Source of the DNA: Antedon mediterranea | Lineage: Eukaryota > Animalia > Echinodermata | Assembly (NCBI RefSeq): GCF_964355755.1 | Contig: NC_092670.1 | Span: 362,201-426,200 of the forward strand | Direction: 5' to 3' | DNA length: 64,000 nt | Part shown: positions 24,340 to 37,176 of the stretch, piece by piece | Position numbering within the stretch: the stretch's first letter is position 1 | Layout: every line of letters begins with the position of its first letter | Position numbers and translations under genes: made by a program | The notes under the pieces: generated by a model | What the model saw: the letters and a program-made list of their open reading frames with translations, nothing else | Databases searched by the model: none | Told to the model about the DNA's origin: nothing

Positions 24340-27300
24340 TAGCCCGGGAATTTTGAACGAGTCCGGCCGACACAGATAGGCACAAAGGCACTCCTTGGGC
24401 CTAGTTCAAGTGTCTTTCAACCTCGCATTTTTTAAAGCAACTAAAATATTTTATAGAATGTTGTTTGTATAGCTGTCTGTATATTGATGATATTTTTATA
24501 TGCTTCTTCAAGCTGAAATTTTACATGCATTTTTAATCTGAAATTGTGTACGGATTTTAACTGTATTTGTATCGTGTTTTTTTGTATGATCTGTTTACGG
24601 TACCGTATTGACTCATTTCATAGCCGGTAAGTTTCTTCTAGGTGGATTTTGACTTGGATTAGATTGTTGATTTATCATGGCTACGTTTCGACATACCGGT
24701 TTGCCTACTCTATTAGTGATCCTGCTGGCGGTGATAACAAAATGGAATGCCAGGGACGTCCAGAGAAATTCCAATGATTTGCGTACAAGCAGTCCGTTTA
24801 AGGAATTCTTCACTAGCCAACATGGAATCACAGCACTTAAATTATGTTCTACGTCATACTTTGAAAAGGTATATCCACGCAGACACGGTCACGGAGGAAA
24901 AACTAAAACACGGGCAATACGACTTGGAGTTTTATTGAGACATTTTGCGTTTATGATTCTTGTTTTAAGTGGAGATATATCGTCTAACCCTGGACCCACA
25001 ACTTGTGATCCATGTGGGCTGTGTTCAGGATCTGTGAAATCAAATCAACGAGGTATCTGCTGCGATGGATGTGACTCATGGTACCACATTAAATGTGCGA
25101 ATATCTCTATCAAAGAATACAATCGCCTTGCCAAATCGGATTCGGACTGGCATTGCTACTCATGTATGGTACCTATCTTCAGTGATTCATTATTTGAAGA
25201 TACTATTAATATATCTGATGTTTCGTACACGGAGTTGTTAAATGCCAATTTGGAAAACGAGGATAGGCTGCTCAACGAGTTGGAATGTAAACTTCTTTGT
25301 GGTAAGGGTTTGATATTTATTCACCTTAACGTTAGAAGTTTACGTAACAAAATCGATCAAATTCGAGATATTGCAAAAAATACGAACGCATCAGTCATTG
25401 CAATAAGTGAGTCGTGGCTCGATGATTCAATCAATGATGCTGAAATAAAAATTGAAAATTTCTCAATAGAAAGGAAAGACAGAAATGGAAAAGGGGGTGG
25501 AGTGTGTTTATATATACGCAATACTATTTCATACTCAGTCAGAAATGATTTGGACAGAGAGGATATCGAATGCAAATGGATTGATATAATTTTGCCAAAG
25601 TCGAAGCCAATTTTAACCGGTGTTTGCTATCGCCCACCAAAACAAGGTACATTTTTTAACTGTTTAGAAAACCTGCTTATGACTGTTGGAAACTTCATTG
25701 CTCAAGAAATTATTATTCTTGGAGACTTTAATGTAAATGTTTTAAATTGTAATCGTAACAACTATGAGTCAGTGACTAACTTCTGTAATATTTTCGGTCT
25801 TGAACAACTTATCACTGAACCAACTAGGATCAGTGATAACAATAGCTCAGCAATAGATTTGATCTTTGCCAGTGATCCTTTAAAAATTAAGGCCAGTGGA
25901 GTAATTCCTATTGGACTAAGTGATCACTTTTTAACGTTTTGTAGACGAAAACGGACTAATATCATTTCTGGCATACACAGAACAATTGATGTTAGATCAA
26001 TGAAAAATTACAGTTCTGATTCACTGACTCATATGCTTAATAGTATTGACTGGTCAGATTGTATTAGTTTAACTTGTGTTCAATCTTCATGGGATACATT
26101 TAAAGATAAGTTTCTGCGTATAATTGATTCAATTGCTCCTAAAAAAAAAGTTAGGGTTAAAGTAAAAGATCAACCATGGTTTGACTCCGAATTAAGAGAT
26201 CTTATTAGGCAAAGAGACAAAATGTTAATTAGATATCGTAGTACAAAGGATGTGATGCATCTCAAAGGTTTTAGAAAACTCCGAAATAGTGTAAATTATA
26301 AAATTAAAAAAGCTAAAGTAAATTTTTATTCTGAACAACTTCAAGAAAATAAATACAAACCAAAACAATTATGGAAAGTTCTTAAAGGTCTTGGAACCTC
26401 TAAATCAAATAATAATGACAAGAAACAGGTTTGTCTTGAGATCAACAATGAATATGTTCATGATAAGAAAGAAGTTGCTGAAGAGTTTAATTCGTACTTC
26501 ACCAACGTTGCTGGAGAGCTAGTAAACAAACTTGACCCTCCTAGTAATACTTATAACTTGGAACATGTCAATGTCTTTTACAGTAGCAAAGGTGTCTTTC
26601 CTAATGATTTTTCTTTCATAGAATTATCTGAAGATAATGTTCTTAAAGCTTTGACACAATTATCGACGAGTAAAGCTACCGGAATAGATACTCTACCAGC
26701 CAAATTCTTCAAAGATGGGGCTTCTGCAATAGCAAAACCATTAACTCATATTATTAAGTTGTCCTTCACATCCGGTATTGTACCCAAAGAATGGAAATTA
26801 GCGAGAGTCATCCCAATTCACAAAAAGGGTAGTAAAACGGTGGTAGGCAACTATCGTCCGGTGTCTATACTCTCGGCTTTTTCTAAAGTTGTTGAAAGAC
26901 TAGTACATGACCAATTGATGGAATACCTTAATTCTAAATCACTTATCTATGATTTCCAATGTGGGTTCCGAGCAAATTTTTCGACAGATCTTTGTTTAAT
27001 TCACCTAACTGACCATATTAAAAAGAATTGGGATAAAGGTAATTTAACAGGTATGATAGTCTTAGACCTACAAAAGGCTTTCGATACTGTAGACCATCAG
27101 ATTTTACTAGGCAAAATGGGAGCATTAGGATTGTCCCAAACAGTAATAGGTTGGTTTAAATCATATTTAACAGAAAGATGGCAGGTAGTTGATAATTGTG
27201 GTACTCTTTCAACGTGGAAAAAAATAACATGTGGGGTCCCTCAGGGGTCAATATTGGGCCCACTGTTGTTCTTAATGTATGTGAATGATATGGAATCTGC

Positions 27301-28373
27301 ATTGAGTTGTAAACTGCTCCTTTATGCCGATGATTCTGCTATAGTTGTATCTGATAAAAGTGTCGCCAATATACAAAATGTATTGTCAAAAGAATTAAAA
27401 TCTATTAATTCTTGGTTATTAGATAATAGATTGTCATTGCATCTAGGCAAAACGTATTCAATTCTATTTGGATCTAAACGTAAACTCAGAAATCAACAAG
27501 AATTGAAAGTTACATGCAATGATTATATAATCACAAACAAACCTACAGTAAGTTATCTAGGACTTGAACTCGATAACAATCTAACTGGAGATTATATAGG
27601 TAAATCAGTTATAAAGAAAGTAAACTCAAGGGTAAAATTTTTATATAGAAATAGAAAGTACTTAACTTTCAGAGATCTTAAGTTACTAGCAAATAGTTTG
27701 GTGTTATGCCTTTATGATTATGCTTGTAGCGTGTGGTACTCTGGATTAAAAAAAACATTAAAAGTTAAATTGCAAACTGCACAAAATAAGACGGTCAGAT
27801 GTATTCTTGGTCTTGAACCAAGGGATCACATTGGGGCTAATGAATTAAACAAACTGAATTGGCTCCCAGTAGACTTAAGAGTTAAACAGATAAAACTTTG
27901 TCACATGTATCGTATTATTAATGGATTAAGCCCTACGTTTATGAATGATGGTATTAGTAGAGCAAATGTAATTCACCAGTACAATACTAGATTTGCAACT
28001 CAATCAATTTATAGACCATATATAGGTAACCACTCCCAAACAACCTTTGTTAACACGGCAATAACGTCATGGAATCACCTGCCAAAATTGATACAGTGTT
28101 CAGAAACCATCAATCAATTCAAAAGAAATATCAGGAAACATCTCAAAGAGGTATGCTTGAAAGATTATAATTTATATTTATATTGTTACTACAGTACATG
28201 TGTTATTGTTTATTGTAAATGTTTATTCTTATGGTGTTTTATCCTTAAGGGCCACAATGGAAATAAGTTTGACCTTTGGTTACTTTTTTGTGTTACCCTG
28301 AATTCATTCTTTGTATTTTTTTTTTATGTTGTGTTATTTTATGAATTCGAATAAAGAAATAAAATAAATAAAA
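24340..28373 (+). mobile_element. Near full-length CR1/L2-group LINE (5' boundary approximate)
   Basis: Single long ORF, 3' motif AAGGGCCACAATGGAAATAAG and an (AAAT)n tail; no TSD identified. Confidence 0.85.
24677..28354 (+). CDS. Polyprotein: hydrophobic leader, 2A-like motif, PHD finger, APE endonuclease, reverse transcriptase
   Basis: ILVLSGDISSNPGP; CGLC..CCDGCDSWYHIKC..WHCYSC; HLNVRSL, SESWL, LGDFN, SDH; DLQKAFD, GVPQGSILGP, YADD. Confidence 0.9.
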   Translation: MATFRHTGLPTLLVILLAVITKWNARDVQRNSNDLRTSSPFKEFFTSQHGITALKLCSTSYFEKVYPRRHGHGGKTKTRAIRLGVLLRHFAFMILVLSGDISSNPGPTTCDPCGLCSGSVKSNQRGICCDGCDSWYHIKCANISIKEYNRLAKSDSDWHCYSCMVPIFSDSLFEDTINISDVSYTELLNANLENEDRLLNELECKLLCGKGLIFIHLNVRSLRNKIDQIRDIAKNTNASVIAISESWLDDSINDAEIKIENFSIERKDRNGKGGGVCLYIRNTISYSVRNDLDREDIECKWIDIILPKSKPILTGVCYRPPKQGTFFNCLENLLMTVGNFIAQEIIILGDFNVNVLNCNRNNYESVTNFCNIFGLEQLITEPTRISDNNSSAIDLIFASDPLKIKASGVIPIGLSDHFLTFCRRKRTNIISGIHRTIDVRSMKNYSSDSLTHMLNSIDWSDCISLTCVQSSWDTFKDKFLRIIDSIAPKKKVRVKVKDQPWFDSELRDLIRQRDKMLIRYRSTKDVMHLKGFRKLRNSVNYKIKKAKVNFYSEQLQENKYKPKQLWKVLKGLGTSKSNNNDKKQVCLEINNEYVHDKKEVAEEFNSYFTNVAGELVNKLDPPSNTYNLEHVNVFYSSKGVFPNDFSFIELSEDNVLKALTQLSTSKATGIDTLPAKFFKDGASAIAKPLTHIIKLSFTSGIVPKEWKLARVIPIHKKGSKTVVGNYRPVSILSAFSKVVERLVHDQLMEYLNSKSLIYDFQCGFRANFSTDLCLIHLTDHIKKNWDKGNLTGMIVLDLQKAFDTVDHQILLGKMGALGLSQTVIGWFKSYLTERWQVVDNCGTLSTWKKITCGVPQGSILGPLLFLMYVNDMESALSCKLLLYADDSAIVVSDKSVANIQNVLSKELKSINSWLLDNRLSLHLGKTYSILFGSKRKLRNQQELKVTCNDYIITNKPTVSYLGLELDNNLTGDYIGKSVIKKVNSRVKFLYRNRKYLTFRDLKLLANSLVLCLYDYACSVWYSGLKKTLKVKLQTAQNKTVRCILGLEPRDHIGANELNKLNWLPVDLRVKQIKLCHMYRIINGLSPTFMNDGISRANVIHQYNTRFATQSIYRPYIGNHSQTTFVNTAITSWNHLPKLIQCSETINQFKRNIRKHLKEVCLKDYNLYLYCYYSTCVIVYCKCLFLWCFILKGHNGNKFDLWLLFCVTLNSFFVFFFYVVLFYEFE

Positions 28374-28596
28374 TTGGAGGAATAAAGTTGTATAGGTTCG
28401 CTACTTGATGTCAAACTTGACGCAACGTTTCCAGACGGATATCGCTTCAAACGATGAATGCGCAGCGGCCAAAGGCTAGGTTGAAACATCAGATTCTCTT
28501 ATGTAAAGAAATGTCTTATCACTGATCATTCAATATTTGGTACAGAAATACTCAAACACATATACCCAAGCATGTTATTTATGTATTTTCCACTTT

Positions 28597-29461
28597 GGGC
28601 CCGTTTCTGCTGCCAACCCAAAATATACCGTATAAATATACCGTATATGAAATTCGTGCACCGTTTCCGCTGCACATACTTCGTGGGTGGGTTGTAAAAA
28701 AGTTGGCTTTCATTACCCAAAATGCATTTCGTGAGACGGAAGTATGGATTGACCTAGAGTCTCGTGTAGTTGGGTTACATGACAGCATTGCTTTCTATTT
28801 TAAATCCAATGAGCAGAAGTGGCAACGAATTTACACCGCACATACAAGCACAATCTAGAAATGTCACTATAAATAAACTCTGTTATTCAAATTGAGTTTA
28901 TATTATGCTATATTATCCTATATTGCCGTTTTAATTTCCATTTTCTATTATACAGTATTTTACCATGATTTTACATCACGTTGTTGTCGTGTAAGAACAT
29001 TCGATTTATTGTAATTAAAATCTCGGTATCTCTTCTGTTGCCATGCAGTCTCCCCCCCAACCTTCGCTTCCCCCCCACAATTGAATTGCAAAAATAGTGA
29101 TTTGTTCGGTCCAGAGTGACATTTTGATCTGTTGCTTGCTTTTACACGTGTGTTTCAACTTTCAATGCAGCAGAAAAACCAAAACAAACGCATCGCGCTC
29201 TGTTAGTTTTTGACCTCGTGTCACGAGTCGGGTCACATTTACGGTATATTTTGAGTGCAGCAGAAATGGGGTACGAAATATACGGTATATTTTGGAATAT
29301 ACCGTATAATATCCACAAACGATGGGGATATTTATACGGTATATATACCGCATATATATACGGTATATTTTTTATGAGACCCATTTCTGCTGCCAAAAAA
29401 TATACCGTATATAAAATATACCGTATATATACGGTATATTTTTGGCAGCAGAAACGGGGCC
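28597..29461 (-). mobile_element. PIF/Harbinger-type MITE, copy 2 (variant centre)
   Basis: Same TIR family as 21783; 3-bp TSD TTT. Confidence 0.85.
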
Positions 29462-29563
29462 TTTGGAATGTTTTGACCTACATAATACCCACACCACCAA
29501 GCTTATGTGACAGTGAGTCTGAAAGTGTTCTCTTCTTTTTATTGTATAGTTTTGCAGTTTTAA

Positions 29564-30294
29564 CACTTTCACCGCCAAAGACGGAAATCTCCGTCTTTCA
29601 ATGCCTAGCGCCAGACCGCCAAAGACGGAAATTTCCGTCTTTCGCTTTTTATTGCACAATTTGTTAGATCAGGTATATATGGACTGCATGTAGAAATTTC
29701 AACATCCAAATCGATCTGGACCGCAAATATTTTGATACTTTATTAACCCCTAGTGCCATTGACCCCAACTGGCCTACATCGCGTCCTATCCGTAAACAAC
29801 ATAATGTGCTTACTGCGGATGAAGCAATTGCAGAAATATTTGCCGACTCTGACTCTGAAAATGAGTATTTATTATCCCCAGATGATGAAGGTATATTTGT
29901 ACCTAAATCTGGTTTATAAAATGTAATAAATAATTGGAGATAATTTAGCTAGCCTGGCCTCTAGGCTAGTTTGTAGAATAGGTTGAGAATCGTGACACTG
30001 ACAGACGGTGCAGCCAGGCTAAAATCCTCATTATCTCTGCTTTGTTCTCCGATTGAGCCTAAAGTGCTAAAAGTGAGCTAAGTTCTTTGTACAATAATGT
30101 GGTATTACAGTTTTATTTCAATAAAGTGTTTGGTGCCATTGGAAAGTTTATTTCTATCTCATTATTTGAGTGTATATTGCATGTTATTCTGATTACAAAC
30201 ACCTTTGCTATGAGCTTTGAAAAACAGGTAAATTTATCTAAAATGGCTGGCGGTGAGGGGTACTTCCTGTATTGAATGCCTGACGGTGAAAGTG
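29564..30294 (+). mobile_element. Non-autonomous piggyBac element
   Basis: TTAA TSD, TIR CACTTTCACCG(C/T)CA; retains an acidic transposase-like N-terminus (LTADEAIAEIFADSDSENE, ~29810-29865). Confidence 0.8.
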
Positions 30295-30441
30295 TTAATA
30301 GTTTGTTTTAAGTGTAGTGTATTAAGTATATGAGGTTCTACAGCTAATTAAATATTCAAGGTCTTAGACCAACACCTCATAAATAGTATATTTACTATAG
30401 GTATGTAAACAAAGACAGCTATCATGTATCAAGTTATCTTA

Positions 30442-31337
30442 GGGCCCGTTCGTACGGGTTGAAATTTACCAGTTATTCCCGCTGTGAAGTCGCGTGCGGT
30501 AATTAAATTTTGCCTCTAGCTAATTAACAAACGAGGTAAAAAGTCCACCAAATTTAGAGGTAAATTCAGCCTACGGGCGTATAATAAATCTCCGATCAGC
30601 CTACGACGTGTAATTAATCTCCGATAACAAGGTTCGTGTTTGAGGCGGTGTTGTCCTTGTTGGTGCAGGGCTAGAACGTCGATCGTCAATCGTTGTTCAG
30701 GGTAGGCTCAAAATCATCGTCAAGTAACATAAAAATGGTCGTAAGGAGTAGGCATATCTTGGCAGGATTTTCAGCTTCAAAGGGCATTAAAGGTGGTCGT
30801 AAGAAAACAAGTTGTAGTTGGTAAAAATATTTAATAACAGCGAACGCCTTTTTCACAAAACGGAAGACATCTTCGATCGATGACAAACAAATTATGCCAT
30901 GCAACGAAGCGTAACCAACAGAAATAACATAGCGTTTTCACAGGATTTCAGGACACCATGTTAATTAAAAAATCGTAACTCTTGAACGGAGGATCGTATG
31001 AGAAAACAAATTACTGTGAAATGTTCTTAAAAGATTGGCCTACATCACTGTGTAATTGAAAAAAATTAGACATTTTTTTGTCACTACTTAAAATCCATCG
31101 AAAAACACCACAGTGTATAAGCATAGGCGTTTGTCACCGGCGTTTTTTCGCGGCAAAGTCGCAGGGCATATGCTTTACACCGTGGTGTTTTTTTCATGGC
31201 CATGAATCATTCAAGCATGGGCATAACTGGTTATAATCGGTAAATAATCTGTACGTACTGTACGAACGGTGTCTGATGCATGCCTTGGGGCTAGGTTGAA
31301 AATAAACGCTTATTTTTTTATATGTACGAACACAACC
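30442..31337. mobile_element. Probable Harbinger-type MITE
   Basis: TTA on both sides; imperfect TIR GGGCCCGTTCGTAC / GTACGAACACAACC. Confidence 0.5.
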
Positions 31338-32345
31338 TTAATCTCTAGAATTCACTTCTATTACTGTATAACATCAGTGCTGTGAACATCTAAGGGTATG
31401 TTCAGACTCACGGAGTTACGGTGGAGTTATCTACGCAAGGCGTACGGTAATCCGTGGCGTTAAAAGTCAAGGTGTTCAGACACAACGATTAGCATTCCAA
31501 ACGTCTTGCGTTTAAAGCGGAAGTTCCGTCATACCGAAACGGCCGATGGGATACATACTGTACACACAATAACAACAACAGAGCTGAGAGTGACACGCGC
31601 GAAAGTTTACAACACTAGCTAGGCCTAGCAATATAATACAATGTTACCTTCAAATGTAATGGTTTTTTTGCCAATTTTTTTGCAAATCCTTACAGAAGAT
31701 AGTAATTTCGAACATAATTATTACACGGACAATGACTTTGCCATTATTGTATGATTTTAATTAATTTTGTGAAATCATGTCGCCGACGCCAACTTCGTCA
31801 GGAAGAATTTTGCAGTTTAGATGCAATTTCTTTAAAAACAGCCATCTTGTTGCCGGCGCTAGCTTTCCAATTCCTAATTTCTATCTTGTCTATAAATTCA
31901 GGGCTGCCCCATAATGAAATCAAATCAGCCACTTCTGTACTTTTCCATGTAACATGTTTCATTTTAATTCGAATGTTGCTGTTGATCTAGGCTAGCTCGA
32001 GGAATAGCTATATTGTTTTGCTATTTAAAAAAACCTCGCGAATAGACTGCTGCTAATTGCGGTCGTGTCTTTTCATTGGCTGACGTTGACCGGAGGTTGA
32101 AATCACTGATGCATCAATGGATTAGCCTTATGAAATCTACCCTCTCCCGCTGGAGTTATTAGCGAGCTTTCGTTTTAGTACGGTAAACGTGCAGTACGGC
32201 CGGTTTAACCAACCGTGACCGTACTCATTTACTAGGCTCCCGTCATGTCTGTTTCTGTTTCGTTTTGTTCACGGGCGCGACGGGAACATGTGCGCGATGT
32301 ATCAGGTACCATCATCAGTTGACTCGACTTTCAGCATCTCACAAC

Positions 32346-33742
32346 ATGGCGAACCTACATAGGGTACGAGATGCTCTTGTTGCTGCCTATATATCAGATG
32401 TTCTGGACGAGGAAGAATTCATTATGTTGTATAGTATGAATTCCCCAAGTAATCCTGATTTTCAGTATAAAAGTGATGAATATCAATTCAACTTGGATAA
32501 ATTCAACGATGATGAATGCAACAGCTATTTCAGGTAAGCCGACCATCAGGCTAAATCAGGGTAGCACTTTATTTATCAATTTATAATCTACTACTAGGTA
32601 GGGCTAGATAACGTTAAGGCATTATAAAGCTTAAATACATTTAACATTGGTTACTAACAATTATACTTCCATATACCTTGAAGGTATTGCTTTCTTTTAT
32701 GTATAGCCCTAGTAGGCTACTATACTATCTACAGAAGCTACTATTTAGTAATGTTGATTAATTAATATATGATGCCCATAACATGTCCAGTATCATGTAT
32801 GTTATCCATTATGAGATTTAAAATATACTGTGTATTATTATTTCCCTTAGATTCCAGAAAAATGATATCTACCGGCTGAAACATGCTTTGGGGGTGCCAC
32901 CAACTGTAATTCTGGAGAATAAGTCGAAAATTGATGGACTTGAGGCTTTGTGCATCACACTCCAAAGGTATGCATATCCTTGTAGATATGGAGATCTTAT
33001 CAAGGACTATGGACGTTCAGTACCACAGCTTTACTTGGCGTTTAAGTGGATGACCAACTACATCTTCGACATCCATAGACATCGGATCTCATCCTTAGAT
33101 CAGCCATGGTTATCCCCACAACATTTACAGGAATTTGCTGAGGCAACACACACAAAGGGTGCTGCTTTGAGGAACTGTTGGGGGTTCGTTGATGGAACCG
33201 TAAGGCCAATATGCCGACCAAATCAGCATCAACAAGTTATGTATAATGGTCACAAAAGAATCCATGCCATGAAATTCCAGTCAGTGACAGCTCCCAATGG
33301 CCTCATAGCTCACCTATATGGACCTGTGGAAGGGAGGAGACATGATGCATTTCTCCTTCGTGAATCGGGTCTGTTGACAGAGCTTGAGGCCAGATCACAT
33401 GATCCACAGGGAAATGTATTGTGCGTGTATGGTGATCCTGCGTACCCATTGCGCCCACAATTGCAAGCACCTTTCCCGACGGTACGGATAACACCAGAAC
33501 AAGTGGCCTTCAACGCGGCAATGTCCAAAGTCAGAATTAGCGTTGAATGGCTATTTGTTGACATTGTAAATATATTTAAATTTACAGACTATAAGAAGTC
33601 TCAGAAAGTGCAATTGAGTGCATGTGGCAAAATGTACATTGTTTCTGGAATACTTACAAATGCACATACATGTGTGTATAAGAACAATACATCTGCCTAT
33701 TTTGAACTTGAACCGCCATCGCTGGAAGAATATTTTCAATGA
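32346..33742 (+). CDS. Harbinger DDE transposase (DDE_Tnp_4/HARBI1-like), 2 exons: 32346-32533 and 32851-33742
   Basis: The GT-AG intron joins SYF-R-FQKNDI in frame; GFVDGT, YNGHKRIHAMKFQSV, GRRHDA, YGDPAY and RISVEW motifs; no internal stops. Confidence 0.9.
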
Positions 33743-34413
33743 ATGTATTTTTTTTCTAAATTATTGTAAATAATTGTGATAGAAGTGATATTGAATTTAT
33801 TAAAAATTGTATAATTATAAAGTAAATAACTGTTTCCATTTAAATTTAAGAAGTTATTCATATAAATATTTTTATTGTAACCATATACATACATTCATAA
33901 ACATCTAACTGTAATACAAGAGAACCTTTAATAGATTTAAAGAAATAAAATGGTTCCAGTTTAAATAAAAATCCTGGAAAACTCTTAAACACTTAACTGT
34001 ATATAACATACCAACACTAAAGATACACCTGCAATAGAACAAATATTTAGTGTATTTTTAAAATGTAAATTATTGTAATTGTGACTAAAGTGATAGCTGA
34101 ATTACCGGTATTATGTTAAAACGTCGTAAGGTAAATAAATGTTTCTATTTATTGATATTGAAAAGCATGTATTAATTATATTTTGTTAATGCTCATTCAT
34201 ATAGAAACAAAACTTCTTTGATTTAAACTACATATTCTTTGGCATCAATGGTATTCAAAACATTCAAGATAATAATTAATAGATTGAAAGAAACAATGGT
34301 ATAAGTATATATAAATAAAGGCATGCATTAATAAACACATAAATATATATAAAAACAACTATAGTAGAAAGTATATTGCACAGATTAGCACAATAAAAAA
34401 ATATATCAAGAAT

Positions 34414-35233
34414 CTAGTTTTTCTTTTCCATGGACTTAAGAAATGCCATCATCAGTGTTTGCGTTTGCTGGTTTTGATGTTGCAAGAGTTGCTGTTGTTG
34501 AAGTATTTGCTGCTACATTTGTTGTTGTTGTTGCAGTTGTTGCTGTTGGAAGGCCTCAAATCGTCTTTCCCTTCCTCTTTCTTCTGCCCTCCTTCGTTCT
34601 TCTTCCTCTTTTTTTCTCTCCATCTCTTCCCTTCGAAGTTGCTGATCTATCTCCATTTTTTTTTTAATGATACCGATTGTGTCATTCCCACTATTCCTTC
34701 TTTTTGGTGTGTTACTTTCAACATCAAGCCTAAAAATAAATTTACAAAAATAAGAACTAAACTAAGGAAGAGGGGGATAAAAAACACTTTAATCTGCCTC
34801 TACATTTTACATAAATTTGGCATTACCTTTTCCGCGTTTCTCCAAATGTTTCACATGCACGTTTTCTCATTTCTGCACCATCAGCCTTTTTCTTCTCTTC
34901 ATCTCCTCTTTCCTTTGGTAACATTTCTATATCCTCCTCTTCTTGGATGAATTCTTCAATACTTTCCCTTATTTGCTTTTCCTCATCTGTCTCCTCCACT
35001 GCAATTCCACTGGCTGCCTTTTCTTTGTTATTTTTTCCTTTCACCTTATCCATCAAATTAGATATGCGATCTCGCACTGCCCGCCTGTCAACTTTGTATT
35101 CACGGGCCTTCATTGCATCAGCAACAGCCTGCCATGCCTTTCCCCGCTCAGTTGTGCCCTTCTTAGACTGAAAAGGTCTAGCCAAGATTACTTCTCCTAT
35201 TAGGATCTGATCCTTTTGGTTGTCCCAGATCAT
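34414..35233 (-). pseudogene. Harbinger accessory Myb/SANT-like protein with coiled-coil and poly-Q tail; in-frame TAG near the 3' end
   Basis: W..D..L..EV..RPF..RGKAWQAVA..VDRRAVRDR motif; intron ~34729-34827; the last exon encodes an E/R-rich helix and QQQQM*QQ (TAG at 34513-34515); probable small upstream exons at ~35468-35502 and ~36088-36108. Confidence 0.75.
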
Positions 35234-37020
35234 GCTGAAATAAATAATAAAATCACATAATTTATGATAGTGTTTTTTAATGTAATATTTTTCTCATCAA
35301 TTCAGTGTAGGAGTTTTTAATCTAATGAAGTAATAAATGAAAAAAGCATACTATTATATAATATTATATGTTTTATGCATACAAAAAAAAAGTTTACAAT
35401 AATAATATATTAAAATAAATGTAAAAAAGTGAGCACTATTGAATTATCCAAAAAAGATCTAACTAACCGGTTTGTACTCTTTTTTGTGTTAATTTCTTCT
35501 GCCTGTTTTGAAAAAAAAATAAATAAAAAATCAAGATAAAAACAATAAAATGTACACAAGCTTATCTACATATATCTTATATTGTATGACAATAAGATAA
35601 ATACTTTAAGCTACATTGGCAGGGAGTTGTTATAAATCTAATAAAGTAAACAACTCCTTTGTTTTAAGCAAAGCAGGATTGAATTGAAGATAATTTGATT
35701 AGCTAGTTTTTATCAATATTATTGAACTTGTCATTTTCTGTCATCTTTTGAGTAGGGGGTCCTACGTATCTAGACCTCCTATTTGTGCAAGTTGTGTTTA
35801 TTTGTAGGACCGTGTAGGGATAGCCTAAATGCCAGCAGCTAGTGTATCGCAGCTAGGCCCTAGGCTAGTTAGTTCGATTAGGCCACTGGTTTGCCCTCTA
35901 TTATACTACTACTAGCCTAGGCTAGCTAGGCTAGGCCCTAGGCCGAATCTCTAAGCCAATTTTTGTATTTTATATTTGGCATCACTGATCTAGAGCACTA
36001 CATTAATGAACATTCATTTAATATGCTATAGCCTAGTCTATGTTTGATTACATAAAGCTAAAATAACGACTGATTAAACTGCTTTACCTATGACGATACT
36101 GCTTCCATCGTGTCCTTCGTATTAAAATACACAGCTGAATGTTCGTTTCAGACAGGACGCTATTTCTTCTCACTACCGTTCTGAAATTTAGCGGTACGGC
36201 GAGTCTCAAATTTCTGCGCATGCGTAGATCACATTTCGGTTCAAATTACCGTACTGAACTACTTCCGTACTAAAACGAAAGCTCGCTATTAACGCCACTG
36301 GCGCGGAGTAACAGCTCCCTAACGCTAATCCGCGGCATGGTTCGCACACAAAAATATGTACGCCGCGTACATAACTCCACCGTAACTCCGTGAGTCTGAA
36401 CATACCCATAGTATTTTCTGTTTATACTGTGTGTATGTAGTACATTATCAAAACTCGAGTAATTTGTTAACTGTAGTGTAAGTAAAACCAATATTACAAT
36501 TTTCTTGTTATACAATTATTATTTAACCATGTAGGTTTATGTAATGATTTAGTTTGTAACATACAGAACAGCATGTACAGTGTCACACTGTAATGGCCAA
36601 TCAGATTATAAGGGACATACATTATTTTGGATAGCTATTAATAGGTTAGGACTAGCAGTTTACTTTTTCACCTGTTGAACCTGAATGAATGGCATACTGT
36701 TACAGTGTTTTGTTTATAATTATTTTAGTAAGGAATACCTGATTTATAGCAGTTGATGTAAAAGGGTTGCAGTGTTGCGTATGTCTTTATACTTTCCTTA
36801 ATAATAATTAAACAATTATTTAATCAAACTTTATAATCTAGTAATGGGGCATTCCACAGTATTTTTTGTTACGGACAGTACATTTTTGAGAATATAACTA
36901 GACATCTTAGAAATAAAAAAGAATACAAGATTCAAAGTAGAATAAATGTATACATATATGGCCAATGTTAATTATGAAAGTCAAAATAAGAAAAAAGACT
37001 ACAAAAAAATGTTATTATGA

Positions 37021-37176
37021 AAATTTCATGAGTTGCGGATGGGACGGCAAATAGACATGACTTTTAAGAAGGTTTACGTATTATTTCTCCTCATTTAAAA
37101 TTTCATGAGTTGCGGATGGGACGGCAAATAGACATGATTTTTAAGAAGGTTTACGTATTATTTCTCCTCATTTAAA
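37021..37176. repeat. 2 x 77-bp tandem duplication
   Basis: AAATTTCATGAGTTGCGGATGGGACGGC...CTCCTCATTTAA occurs twice. Confidence 0.9.

Larger units (their letters stand above)
31394..36407. mobile_element. Two-gene PIF/Harbinger DNA transposon
   Basis: 37-bp perfect TIR GGGTATGTTCAGACTCACGGAGTTACGGTGGAGTTAT; convergent transposase and Myb/SANT-like genes; flanks TAA/ATA (imperfect TSD). Confidence 0.92.

Noticed and set aside
34414-36108. TAG-to-Gln codon reassignment suggested by TAGs in Gln contexts
   Set aside because: The same gene and the Sola2 remnant end in TAG, and the long host ORFs have no internal TAG; point mutation is simpler.
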